Shown here in pieces: positions 38,474 through 55,562 of a stretch of 64,000 bases of DNA (position 1 is the first letter of the stretch; each line of letters starts with the position of its first letter). The stretch comes from an uncultured delta proteobacterium. GTDB taxonomy: Bacteria > Myxococcota_A > Polyangia > Haliangiales > Haliangiaceae. The position numbers and the translations under genes are program-made. The stretch lies in contig CAVUQH010000003.1 in assembly GCA_963743525.1 (NCBI GenBank), positions 768,001 to 832,000 of the forward strand, given 5' to 3'. The notes below the pieces were generated by a model, which ran no database searches, was not told the DNA's origin, and saw only the letters and a program-made list of their open reading frames with translations.

Positions 38474-38557
38474 TCGCGCGACGCACTGCGGCGTACGCGA
38501 AGCGTGCGCGTCGCGGTTGGGGCCACGCAAAGCCTTCGCGAGTGACGGGGCGGCTCC

Positions 38558-38731
38558 TCAGTCGGCAGTCAGACGGTCCTGGATCCCGCGCAGGACCTCC
38601 TTCTTCGCCTTGAGGCCCTCGCGGAAATCTTTCTTGTCGGTGTTGCCGATTTCCGCGCGCAGCTCGGACAGGTAGATCTGCAGCGCCTCGCTGAGGACTT
38701 CCGTCTCTTGATTGGATAGGTCGAGCTTCAT
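38558..38731 (-). CDS. Small hypothetical protein (57 aa)
   Basis: MKLDLSNQETEVLSEALQIYLSELRAEI...; amphipathic helices; sigma54-like promoter directly upstream. Confidence 0.7.
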   Translation of the reverse strand: MKLDLSNQETEVLSEALQIYLSELRAEIGNTDKKDFREGLKAKKEVLRGIQDRLTAD

Positions 38732-38743
38732 GGCTTTCGGTGG

Positions 38744-38759
38744 AGCAATCGATGTGCCA
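38744..38759 (-). promoter_or_regulatory. Sigma54 promoter
   Basis: TGGCACATCGATTGCT, near-consensus TGGCAC-N5-TTGCT. Confidence 0.75.
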
Positions 38760-38804
38760 GTCCGACGGCTCCGAAGTATGCTCCCGGCGACAAAGGGGGA
38801 ACCG

Positions 38805-40340
38805 ATGAGCCTGAATCTCGCCACGCTGCTCCGCGAAAACGCCGCTGCTCTGCCCAACAAGCCGGCGGTCATCATCAACGACATCGCGCTCGACTACGCG
38901 ACCATCGACGCCATGGCGCGGCGCTTCGCCGGCGGCCTGGCGAAGCTGGGGATCAAGCGCGGCCAACACGTGGCGCTGATGCTGCCCAACGTCCCCCAGT
39001 TCACCATCAGCTACTTCGGTGCCCACTACGCCGGCAACCCGGTGGTGCCGCTCAACGTGCTGCTCACCGCCGACGAGGTCGAGTACCACCTGAGCGACTC
39101 GGACGCGGTGGCGCTGGTGGTGTGGGAGGGCTTCATCGACCAGGCTCGCGCCGGCTTCAACCGCTCCGAGAGCTGCAAGCATCTGATCGTGGTCAAGGCC
39201 GACCGCACCGACATGACCGCGGCCGAGGGTGAGCACAACCTGACCACGGTGATCGGCACCGCCGAGCCGGTGCACGAGGTCGCGCCGACCGACCCCGACG
39301 ACACCGCGGTGATCCTCTACACCTCGGGCACCACCGGTCGCCCCAAGGGTGCCGAGCTCACCCACTTCAACCTGTTCTACAACGCCCAGTACATGGCCCA
39401 GGTTCCGGGGTTGCCGTTCCCGATCGCCGACGCGGTGGTGCTGTGCGTGCTGCCGCTGTTCCACAGCTTCGGCCAGACCGTGCTGCAGAACTCGGTGCTG
39501 TTCGGCGGCGGCACGCTGGTGTTGATGCCGCGGTTCGAGCCGGCGGCAGCGGCGCAGCTGATCGAGAAGCACGGTGTCAACTTCTTCGCCGGCGTGCCGA
39601 CCATGTACTTCGCGCTGCTCCACCACCCGGAGGTCAAGGACGAGTCGATGGCGTCGCTGATGCACTGCGTGTCGGGCGGCGCGGCGATGCCGGTGGAGGT
39701 GATGAACGCGTTCGACCAGCGCTTCAACGTCAGCATTCTCGAGGGCTACGGTCTGTCGGAGACGTCGCCGGTGGCCAGCTTCAACCGCCTCGACCGGCCG
39801 AAGAAGCCGGGCACCATCGGCCTGCCGATCTGGGGCATCGAGTTCATGCTGATCGACGACAACGGCGTGCGGATCACCGAGCTGGGCGCGCCGGGCGAAA
39901 TCTGCATCAAGGGCCACAACGTGATGAAGGGCTACTACAAGCGGCCCGAGGCCACCGCCGAGTCGATCGTCAACGGCTGGTTCCGCACCGGCGACATCGG
40001 CATCGTCGACGAGGACGGCTTCTACAGCATCGTCGACCGCAAGAAGGACATGATCCTTCGCGGCGGCTACAACGTCTACCCGCGCGAGGTCGAGGAGGTG
40101 CTGTACGCCCATCCGGCCATCGCCGAGGCGGCCGTGATCGGCGTGCCCGACGAGAAGATGGGCGAAGAGGTCAAAGCGGTCATCGCGCTCAAGCCGGGGC
40201 AGTCGGTCACTGCCGCCGACGTGATCGCCTACTGCAAGGAGCACCTGGCGGCGTACAAGTACCCGCGCACGGTCGACATCATCGCCGAGCTGCCCAAGGG
40301 CCCGACCGGCAAGATCCTCAAGCGCGAGCTGCGCGGCTAG
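38805..40340 (+). CDS. Long-chain fatty acid--CoA ligase
   Basis: YTSGTTGRPKG, EGYGLSETSP, FRTGDIG, LPKGPTGKILK. Confidence 0.95.
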   Translation: MSLNLATLLRENAAALPNKPAVIINDIALDYATIDAMARRFAGGLAKLGIKRGQHVALMLPNVPQFTISYFGAHYAGNPVVPLNVLLTADEVEYHLSDSDAVALVVWEGFIDQARAGFNRSESCKHLIVVKADRTDMTAAEGEHNLTTVIGTAEPVHEVAPTDPDDTAVILYTSGTTGRPKGAELTHFNLFYNAQYMAQVPGLPFPIADAVVLCVLPLFHSFGQTVLQNSVLFGGGTLVLMPRFEPAAAAQLIEKHGVNFFAGVPTMYFALLHHPEVKDESMASLMHCVSGGAAMPVEVMNAFDQRFNVSILEGYGLSETSPVASFNRLDRPKKPGTIGLPIWGIEFMLIDDNGVRITELGAPGEICIKGHNVMKGYYKRPEATAESIVNGWFRTGDIGIVDEDGFYSIVDRKKDMILRGGYNVYPREVEEVLYAHPAIAEAAVIGVPDEKMGEEVKAVIALKPGQSVTAADVIAYCKEHLAAYKYPRTVDIIAELPKGPTGKILKRELRG

Positions 40341-40346
40341 GCGCGC

Positions 40347-40898
40347 CTACTTCCAGCCGCGGAGCTTGTGCTCTTCGCTGCGGTACAGGTCGAAGGCGGC
40401 GTGTACTGCGGCGAGGGCGCGGTCTGCCCCGAGCATGTCCTCGACGATCACCTGCTTGTGCTCGAGGACCTTGTAGTCCTGGAAGAAGCGCTTGATCTCG
40501 GTGATCGTGTGCTGCGGCAGTTGGCTGATGTCGGTGTAGTCGTTGAACGCCGGGTCGTGGACGTGGACGGCGATGATCTTGGTGTCCTCGCGGCCCTCGT
40601 CGGCCATGCCCATCACGCCGACGGCGCGGGCGCGCATGATCGCCAGCGGGGCGACCGGCTCGTTGCCCAGGACCAGCACGTCGAGCGGGTCGCCGTCGGG
40701 GCAGTAGGTGCGGGGGAGAAACCCGTAGTTGGCGGGGTAGTGCACGGAGCTGTACAGAATGCGATCGACCCGCAGCAGCCCGGTCGGCTTGTCGAGCTCG
40801 TACTTCACCTTGGATCCCTTGGGGATCTCGATGACGACGTTGAAGCCCTCGTGTGCCGTGTCAGGATGGTTCGGCAGGTCGTGCCAGGGATGGCTCAT
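40347..40898 (-). CDS. ppa: Family I inorganic pyrophosphatase
   Basis: IEIPKGSKVKYE, YPANYGF, DGDPLDVL, FFQDYK. Confidence 0.97.
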   Translation of the reverse strand: MSHPWHDLPNHPDTAHEGFNVVIEIPKGSKVKYELDKPTGLLRVDRILYSSVHYPANYGFLPRTYCPDGDPLDVLVLGNEPVAPLAIMRARAVGVMGMADEGREDTKIIAVHVHDPAFNDYTDISQLPQHTITEIKRFFQDYKVLEHKQVIVEDMLGADRALAAVHAAFDLYRSEEHKLRGWK

Positions 40899-40986
40899 GT
40901 CACGCAGAATACACGACTGCCAGCAAATGCCGACACGCACCATTTCGATTGCCCGCGATCGGTTCGGGTCGCGCTACCCTCGATCG

Positions 40987-41895
40987 GTGACCGCGATTCG
41001 GCCCCGCCTGGTCCTGGCCCCACTACTCTTGCTCGCGGCCTGCGTTGACCCATCGGTGTCGTCCAGCCGGCAGTCGGTGATCAACGGTGACCTGACCCCG
41101 GCCGGCCGCTATCCGGCGACCGGCGCCCTGATGACCGACGTCAGCGGGGACGGCCCGCAGCCGACCTGTTCGGGCACCCTCATCGGCCCCCGAGCGGTGC
41201 TCACCGCGGCCCACTGCCTGGACCCCCAGTTCATCGGCAACGCCATCCCCGGCTTCACCCTGGCCCTCGACGCCAATGCCGCCGGCCCCGACGACATCAC
41301 CCCCGGCGCCGCCACGCACGAGCATCCCAGCTTCGACCTGGGCGTCGACATCACTGACGGCATCGGCCACTGGTACGACATCGGCATCCTCGAGCTGGCC
41401 AAGGATGCGCCGAGCACCGACTACGAGATCCTGCCCAGCCCCGACGAAGCGACCGCCCTGGCCGACGTCGCCGAGGTCGAGCTGGTCGGCTACGGCCTGA
41501 TCAGCAACGACACCTACGACGTCGGCGTCAAGCACGACGGCGTCGCCGACCTGGTCGAGGTCGGCGACTTCGAGCTGTTCATCGCCCAGCCCGGCCAACA
41601 GCAGAACTGCAACGGCGACTCCGGCGGCCCCGCCTTCGCCGACCTGGACGGCCAGCGCCGCATCATCGGCACCGTCTCCCGCTCCCCCGACAAGAACCCG
41701 GTGTGCGACCACGGCGGCATCGACACCCGCGTCAACGCCTACCTCGACTGGATCCACCAGAACGCCGACGTCCCCTGCGGCGGGCTGAAATCCCCCTGCA
41801 CCGACAGCCAATCCGGCGGCTGCAACACCGGCGCCCCCGGCCTGGGGACGCTCATTAGTTTTTTACTTTTTTTCCGAAGAAAATCACGCGCCTAG
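40987..41895 (+). CDS. Trypsin-like (S1) serine protease with MYXO-CTERM sorting signal
   Basis: CSGTLI...LTAAHC, DIGIL, GDSGGP; C-terminal SGGCNTG-hydrophobic-RRK. Confidence 0.92.
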   Translation: MTAIRPRLVLAPLLLLAACVDPSVSSSRQSVINGDLTPAGRYPATGALMTDVSGDGPQPTCSGTLIGPRAVLTAAHCLDPQFIGNAIPGFTLALDANAAGPDDITPGAATHEHPSFDLGVDITDGIGHWYDIGILELAKDAPSTDYEILPSPDEATALADVAEVELVGYGLISNDTYDVGVKHDGVADLVEVGDFELFIAQPGQQQNCNGDSGGPAFADLDGQRRIIGTVSRSPDKNPVCDHGGIDTRVNAYLDWIHQNADVPCGGLKSPCTDSQSGGCNTGAPGLGTLISFLLFFRRKSRA

Positions 41896-41953
41896 GCCAC
41901 CCCCTGTCGCACCCGGACAACCGCGGGTCGGCTCGTCCCGATAACTGAGAACC

Positions 41954-42706
41954 ATGGACGCACAAGAGAACGACGACATCCAAGCTGCGCGCGAGCCGTT
42001 CGACAGCGACACCCCGGGCGCCTACAGCCCTGAGGATTACCGGCCGCCGGGGTCACTGGCCAAGCTCGCGACCGCCGGGCTCGTGTTCCACGGACTCTCC
42101 CTGGCGGCATCGGGCTGGATCTTCGCGGTCGCCCATCACCTCGCCAGTCAGCGGCTGGCCGGGCAAGAGGTCGCCCACCGCGCCATGGCGCGAGCGGCAA
42201 CGCTTCCGGCGCTCCTGTTCACGACGACGCTCGTATCGGCGCTCGCCTTCTCATTCTGGTTCTACCGCGTCGCCAAGAATGCGCAGTCGTTCAAGGGGCC
42301 GCTGTCGTCGTCACCTGGTATGGCCGTCGGCTGCTGGTTCATTCCGATCTACAACCTGTGGCGGCCGTACCAGGTGACGACCGAGATCTGGCGCGCGAGC
42401 GACGCCGAAGGCTCACGGGTGGTGTTGCTGTCGAACGCGCCGGCCGCCCCGGGCTGGATTCTCGCCTGGTGGCTCCTCTGGATCATCTCCGGGTTCGTCA
42501 TCAACGTCGCGACGAGCGACCTCACGGCCCACGTGGCGCTCACTGCGGAGCAAGTCCAGACGTTAACGCTGTGGACGCTCATCGGTATCGTCATGAACCT
42601 GCTCTCCCTCGTGCTGGCGATCTTCGTGATCCGCGGCATTACGCGACGGCAGGAGAGGGCCGCGGCCAAGCTGATGCCGTCCGCGCGGGTGGTCAACGCC
42701 GGATGA
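41954..42706 (+). CDS. DUF4328-like membrane protein
   Basis: FWFYRVAKNA, GMAVGCWFIPIYNLWRPYQV...EIW, WWLLW. Confidence 0.8.
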   Translation: MDAQENDDIQAAREPFDSDTPGAYSPEDYRPPGSLAKLATAGLVFHGLSLAASGWIFAVAHHLASQRLAGQEVAHRAMARAATLPALLFTTTLVSALAFSFWFYRVAKNAQSFKGPLSSSPGMAVGCWFIPIYNLWRPYQVTTEIWRASDAEGSRVVLLSNAPAAPGWILAWWLLWIISGFVINVATSDLTAHVALTAEQVQTLTLWTLIGIVMNLLSLVLAIFVIRGITRRQERAAAKLMPSARVVNAG

Positions 42707-43539
42707 GGCGGCTCGCGTGCATCGCTGTCGTCGCGGCGCTTGCGGGGTGCGGCGGCGGGGCGGGCGGCGGCACCGGCATCGACGCCGGCCCGCACCCCGA
42801 TGCGCGCACGGGCAGTCGCGACGGCGGCGCCGACATCTGGCATCCGCCGCCGGGGACCAGCTGGCAGTGGCAGCTGTCGGGCACCATCGACACCACCGTC
42901 GACGTGGCCATGTACGACATCGATCTGTTCGACAACGGCGCCGACACCATCGCCGCGCTGCACGACGCCGGTCGCGTGGTCATCTGCTACTACAGCGCCG
43001 GCAGCCGTGAGGACTGGCGACCGGACGCGGGCGACTATGCCACCGGCGCCATCGGCAAGGCGCTCGACAACTGGCCGGGCGAGACCTGGGTCGACATCCG
43101 CGACGACAGCGTCCGCGCGGTCATCCGCGGTCGCCTCGATCTGGCGGTCAGCAAGGGCTGCGACGGCGTCGAGCCGGACAACGTTGACGGTTACGCCAAC
43201 GACACCGGCTTTCCGCTGACCGCCACCGACCAGCTCGACTTCAACCGCTTCCTCGCCGACGAGGCTCGCGCCCGCGGCCTGTCGGTGGGGCTGAAGAACG
43301 ACCTCGACCAGATTCCCGAGCTGGTCGGCGACTTCGACTGGGCGCTCGACGAGGAGTGCTTCGCCTACGACGAGTGCAACGCGCTCGATCCGTTCGTCGC
43401 CGCCGGCAAGGCGGTGTTCCAGGTCGAGTACGGTGACGCCACGCTGGCCGACACGGTCTGCCCGCAGGCCATCACCCACGACTTCGACACGCTGATCAAG
43501 AAGCTCGAGCTCGACGCCTGGCGCGTGCCTTGCCGCTAG
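42703..43539 (+). CDS. Endo-alpha-1,4-polygalactosaminidase (GH114) lipoprotein
   Basis: WQWQLSG, DIDLFD, ICYYSAGS, GCDGVEPDNVDGY, GLKND, EEC. Confidence 0.92.
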   Translation: MRRLACIAVVAALAGCGGGAGGGTGIDAGPHPDARTGSRDGGADIWHPPPGTSWQWQLSGTIDTTVDVAMYDIDLFDNGADTIAALHDAGRVVICYYSAGSREDWRPDAGDYATGAIGKALDNWPGETWVDIRDDSVRAVIRGRLDLAVSKGCDGVEPDNVDGYANDTGFPLTATDQLDFNRFLADEARARGLSVGLKNDLDQIPELVGDFDWALDEECFAYDECNALDPFVAAGKAVFQVEYGDATLADTVCPQAITHDFDTLIKKLELDAWRVPCR

Positions 43540-43543
43540 CCGG

Positions 43544-44392
43544 TCAGGGCTTCAGCTCTTTCTTCTTGCCGTCGGTCAGCAGGTGCTGGCGCTTGCCCTT
43601 CTTGTTGAACTGCCAGGCGTAGCCGACGCCGATCAGTCCCGAGATCGGCATGAGCACGCCGAAGATCGGGCCGATCAGGGTGAGCGGCAGCTTCTGCAAG
43701 AGCGCGGCGGCGAACAGATAGATCAGCGACGCCGGCGCCGCTTCGCGAAACGAACCGGCGTACAGCCAGCCGATCGGCCCGAGGAGGAAGCTCAGCCCGC
43801 CGCTCCACAGCAGCGACTTTTCCTTCTTCGGCTTGGGCTGGTCGAGCTCGCGCCGCGCCTCGGTGGCCACGGCGATGGCGTCCCCGGCGTCGAACTGGTC
43901 GCGGCCGAAGACCCGCGCCAGGAAGCCGCGCTTCTTCGGCCCCGCGCCGTCGTCGACGACGGCCGGGAGCGGCGCCGCCTCTCTGGCCTTGCGCCGGGCC
44001 GGCTTGGTCTCGGCCTTGCGGGCCAGGACCATCGCCTTCTCGTCGGCGCGCGCCTCCAGCCGCCGCTGGCGCGCCTCCTCCTCCAGCTTGCGCGCCTGCG
44101 CCTGCTTCAGATCGGAGTCGGCGCGGACCTCCATCGACAAGCGCTCGAACCGCTCCAGCTCCTCGAACGTGCGGGCGCCGTTGGCCGCGCGGTCGGCGCC
44201 GGGCACGCTCCACACCAGGTCGGTGCCGTCGCTGCCGGCCTCGACCACGCCGTCGCGCATCAGCTCTTCGAGGTGCTGCTTGACCGCGCGCGCCGACTCC
44301 CCGGTGCGGTACTGCAGGTTGGCCCGGGTCAGCGGTATCGAGCTCTTCATCCACAGCTCGACCACGCTGCGTTCGAACTCGTCGCGGGTCAC
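43544..44392 (-). CDS. Hypothetical protein with N-terminal winged-helix-like region and C-terminal TM (TM2-like) segment
   Basis: GC-typical codons; KSLLWSGGLSFLLGPIGWLYAG. Confidence 0.7.
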   Translation of the reverse strand: MTRDEFERSVVELWMKSSIPLTRANLQYRTGESARAVKQHLEELMRDGVVEAGSDGTDLVWSVPGADRAANGARTFEELERFERLSMEVRADSDLKQAQARKLEEEARQRRLEARADEKAMVLARKAETKPARRKAREAAPLPAVVDDGAGPKKRGFLARVFGRDQFDAGDAIAVATEARRELDQPKPKKEKSLLWSGGLSFLLGPIGWLYAGSFREAAPASLIYLFAAALLQKLPLTLIGPIFGVLMPISGLIGVGYAWQFNKKGKRQHLLTDGKKKELKP

Positions 44393-44420
44393 GCCTGGAG
44401 TATGGCATGGTAGTGGGTAG

Positions 44421-44756
44421 ATGAAACCCGCGCTCCTCGCCGCCCTCGCCGCCGGGCTGTTGACCCTCGCCGCGTGTGGTGGCCCTCCGCCGGCCAAGCG
44501 CGCCAAATCGTCCTCGGCCAGGGGCGCGGGCAAGACGCCGATCACCGTGGTCCCGCCCCAGGAAGAGGACGAGGTCGACGGTGAGGGCAAGAAGTGGAAG
44601 GGCTGGCGCTACACCGGCCAGCGCGACGACTGCTACTACGTGGTCAAGCGCAAGTGCTACACGGAGCGCAAGAAGGCCTGCAAGGCGGCCGGCTGCTCCA
44701 CGCACGACTGCCGCATCGACGGCGTCGGGCCGTCGCGCGTCAGCTGCGAGAAGTAG
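44421..44756 (+). CDS. Small Cys-rich lipoprotein
   Basis: Lipobox LAAC; six further Cys. Confidence 0.75.
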   Translation: MKPALLAALAAGLLTLAACGGPPPAKRAKSSSARGAGKTPITVVPPQEEDEVDGEGKKWKGWRYTGQRDDCYYVVKRKCYTERKKACKAAGCSTHDCRIDGVGPSRVSCEK

Positions 44757-44883
44757 CGCCCGGCCTCAGGCCCGGTGCCGCGGGCCGACGACCTTGGGGA
44801 TGCGGATGCGCGGCCCCAGGCGCCCGGCCTCAGGCCCGGTGCCGCGGGCCGACGACCTTGGGGATGCGGATGCGCGGCCCCAG
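44756..44883. repeat. Exact 64-bp tandem duplication
   Basis: 44756-44819 identical to 44820-44883. Confidence 0.95.
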
Positions 44884-45879
44884 CTTGAAGGTCACCCGCT
44901 TGACGTCGCGGTAGTACTCGCCGTCGATGACCGGCTCGAGCAGCTCGCTCGACGTCGCTTCCATGGTCATCTCGCGACACGCGCGGTCGACCATGCCGCG
45001 GCCGACGATCTCCTTGCCCCGGTGCATGCGCGGCAGATTGCGGACGATCTGCAGCGGCGTCGGGGTGCCGACGATGGCGTGCATGACGCCGTCCTGGTCG
45101 GCCTTGTGGAAGAAGCGCAGGACGTTGCCGAAGTTGATCGACATCGACGCGATGTGCACGCCGGTGAACGCCGTCTCCGGCAGGATCATGCCGTCCATGG
45201 TGATCTTGCACGCGGTCGGCTCGAACAGCTCGCGGGCGTAGCTGCGCAGCTGCTCCGGCAGGCCCGGCAGCGCGCGCAGCGGCGAGTAGGCCACCGGCAT
45301 CGACGCCAGCGCCCGTCCGATCACCTTGACGATGGTCTTGGGGCTGGGATCGTCGTGCTCGTAGTACTTGGAGAAGAAGCGCTGGCCGACGCCACCGGCG
45401 GCGACGCCGAAGCCGAAGGTGCGGAACTGCTCCTCGCGGCCGCCAACCATCCGCACGCCCTCGATCAGCATCGAGTCGACCTCGGTCTCCTCGATGTGCC
45501 GGCGGGTCTCCAGGTGGTGGCGCAGGCTCGCCAGCAGCGACTCGGCGCTGCCGTGGATGCCCACGTTGTGGGCGATGAAGTCGATGGTGCCGCCGTTGGT
45601 CGGCAGGGTCATCGGCAGGGACGCGCCCTTGAACTCGTCCTCCTCGAGGACCTCCATGCCCATGCGCAGCATCCAGTGCAGGGCGCCGTCGCCGCCGTCC
45701 GCGACCCAGTAACGGGCGCGCTTGCGCAGGAACTCGCGCAGGGCCGGCTTGATCGAGTCGACGTCGTTGGTCTCGCGCACCTCACCCATGGTCCCGACAA
45801 TCGACTGCAGCTCGGCCGCCCGGTTGGGCCGGCCCTTGTTCTTGCGACTGTTGGGATTGGTGATGACGCCGATCTGCAT
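44830..45879 (-). CDS. Diacylglycerol kinase family protein
   Basis: VITNPNS, DGGDGAL, GGTIDFIA, VIDGE. Confidence 0.8.
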   Translation of the reverse strand: MQIGVITNPNSRKNKGRPNRAAELQSIVGTMGEVRETNDVDSIKPALREFLRKRARYWVADGGDGALHWMLRMGMEVLEEDEFKGASLPMTLPTNGGTIDFIAHNVGIHGSAESLLASLRHHLETRRHIEETEVDSMLIEGVRMVGGREEQFRTFGFGVAAGGVGQRFFSKYYEHDDPSPKTIVKVIGRALASMPVAYSPLRALPGLPEQLRSYARELFEPTACKITMDGMILPETAFTGVHIASMSINFGNVLRFFHKADQDGVMHAIVGTPTPLQIVRNLPRMHRGKEIVGRGMVDRACREMTMEATSSELLEPVIDGEYYRDVKRVTFKLGPRIRIPKVVGPRHRA

Positions 45880-46164
45880 GTGGCACTCCGGAAACAACTG
45901 TCACCCACAGGGGGCAAGTCTCGGGCCAACCCCGCGATCTCCGGACGCCCCCGGAATTACTGCAACGTGTCATTCATCTGACGACCATTCACTGCGAACC
46001 CGGCTATCCCCCTGCGTAAGGGGACACGCACCCGCATCTCAACCACTCGAGATCACGACAGATTTCGACGGGAGTGACCAATCCTTCGAGACCCCTCGGC
46101 GAGTAGGTGACAAGCCCATGGAAACACAGTGAAAATTGTCACGGTGCGCATCTCGTCGCGCAGG

Positions 46165-46950
46165 TCACTCGCCGCGGAAGACCGGGTCCCGCTTGTCCAG
46201 CAGGGCTGCGATCCCCTCGGCGACGTCGGCGGTCTCGACCGTGATCGCCTGAGCGAACGCCTCGCGGTGTGCCGCCTGGCGGACGTCCCAGCCCAGGCCG
46301 TCGTACAGCGAGCGCTTGGTCATGCGCACGGCGATGGGCGCGTTGGCCGCGATCGCCCGCGCCATCGCCATCGCCCGCGGCAACACCTCGTCGCCGGCGA
46401 CCGCGTCGGACAACAGCCCGATGCGCGCCGCTTCCTCGCCGAGAATCAACCGGCCGGTGAACATCAGCTCGGCCGCGCGGCTGACGCCGACGAGGCGCGG
46501 CAAGAGGTAGCTGATCGACATGCCCGGGTGCAGGCCGAGCCGGCAGAAGTTGGCGCCGTACTTCGACTCGCGGTTGCCGATGCGCACGTCGCAGACCATC
46601 GCCAGCCCCAGTCCACCGCCGACGGTGTGACCATTGAGCGCGGCGATGACCGGCACTTCGATGTCGAGCACCGACAGGAACGGCTCGTACATCGCGTACG
46701 AGCGCTCGTGGGGCTGAAGCGGCCGCGCGCCGTCGCGCTGAATCGTCGACTTGAAGTCGGCCCCCGCGGAGAAGCAGCGTCCGCTGCCGGTGATGACCAC
46801 GCAGCGGGCATCGGCGTCCGCGCGGGCGCGCGCGCTGGCCGCGCCGAACGCGTCGAGCAGCTCCGGAGTCATGCTGTTGCGGTTGTCCGGGCGATTCAGG
46901 GTGATGATTCCGATCGAATCGTCTCGGCGGTAGACTACGGCGTCGCTCAT
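46165..46950 (-). CDS. Enoyl-CoA hydratase/isomerase
   Basis: ITLNRPDNRNS, FSAGADF, IAALNGHTVGGG, ELMFTGR. Confidence 0.93.
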   Translation of the reverse strand: MSDAVVYRRDDSIGIITLNRPDNRNSMTPELLDAFGAASARARADADARCVVITGSGRCFSAGADFKSTIQRDGARPLQPHERSYAMYEPFLSVLDIEVPVIAALNGHTVGGGLGLAMVCDVRIGNRESKYGANFCRLGLHPGMSISYLLPRLVGVSRAAELMFTGRLILGEEAARIGLLSDAVAGDEVLPRAMAMARAIAANAPIAVRMTKRSLYDGLGWDVRQAAHREAFAQAITVETADVAEGIAALLDKRDPVFRGE

Positions 46951-46985
46951 CGGCAGTTGACCTCCGCTGCGGAAGGTACCGGGTA

Positions 46986-47648
46986 ATGCGCTCGAGATCG
47001 ATCCCACAATCTGGCCTCGTCGCCGGCCTGCTCGTCGCGGTCGCCTGCACCGCCCCCGCGTGCGGCAAGAAGCACGAGCAGGACCGGTCCGCGGCAAAGA
47101 CCGACCCGTTGGCGAAGCTGCGTCAGCCCAAACCCGGCTCGGACCAGGGCTCGGACACCACCGATGCCAAGTTCCTGGTCAAGATCTCCATGACCCGCGG
47201 CAGCACCGGGCGCGACGCCTCGGCCACGCAGATCCACATCTCGGTCATCGACGACAAGCTGTACTACGTCGAGACTCCCTACAGCGGGGCCAAAGCGACG
47301 TCGCCCGGGGCCCGCACCAACGTCGTCGCGCACCTGACCGACGCAGAGCAGCGCGCCATCGCCCAGTCCCTGCGCGACCTGTCGCTGTTCGACGTCGAAA
47401 CGCTCGAGGCGCCGAAGATGCCCGACGGCCCGCACAGCTACGCGTCGATGGACGTCAAGCTGCGCGCCGGTGGCAAGGAACACGAGTTCGCGCTGTCGGG
47501 GGTGACGTCGTTGCCGTCGCAGGGTGAGACTGCGTTCGCAACCACCGCCGGCTACCGCGGCGTGATGCGGCTGGTCGACGACCTGTCGGCGCTGGCCAAA
47601 GAAAAAAGGGCGAGCGCTGGTGCGCCCGCCCCGGTTGCTCCCAAGTGA
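46986..47648 (+). CDS. Hypothetical lipoprotein
   Basis: N-terminal hydrophobic stretch with Cys; GC-typical codons. Confidence 0.65.
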   Translation: MRSRSIPQSGLVAGLLVAVACTAPACGKKHEQDRSAAKTDPLAKLRQPKPGSDQGSDTTDAKFLVKISMTRGSTGRDASATQIHISVIDDKLYYVETPYSGAKATSPGARTNVVAHLTDAEQRAIAQSLRDLSLFDVETLEAPKMPDGPHSYASMDVKLRAGGKEHEFALSGVTSLPSQGETAFATTAGYRGVMRLVDDLSALAKEKRASAGAPAPVAPK

Positions 47649-47654
47649 TGCGGG

Positions 47655-55398
<7,744 letters not shown>

Positions 55399-55562
55399 TG
55401 TGGATAGCTCCCCAAGCGCAGAGGGCTCCCATCAGACGCGTGGCGCCGGACCCCTCTCCGAGGTCGCCCATGTTACCGCGAACGACCCCGTGACGGATCG
55501 AATCAGCGACGAGTTTCGGCGGGTTGGATCAGCTGGCGCCGATGACGCGGCGCGGCTCGTCG

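Noticed and set aside
41855..41885. T-rich tract as an intrinsic terminator
   Set aside because: It lies inside the MYXO-CTERM coding region (ISFLLFF) with no good preceding stem
45880..46164. Riboswitch or ncRNA in the 285-bp lower-GC leader of the DAG kinase gene
   Set aside because: Only short hairpins and no motif I can recognise; an Rfam scan would be needed
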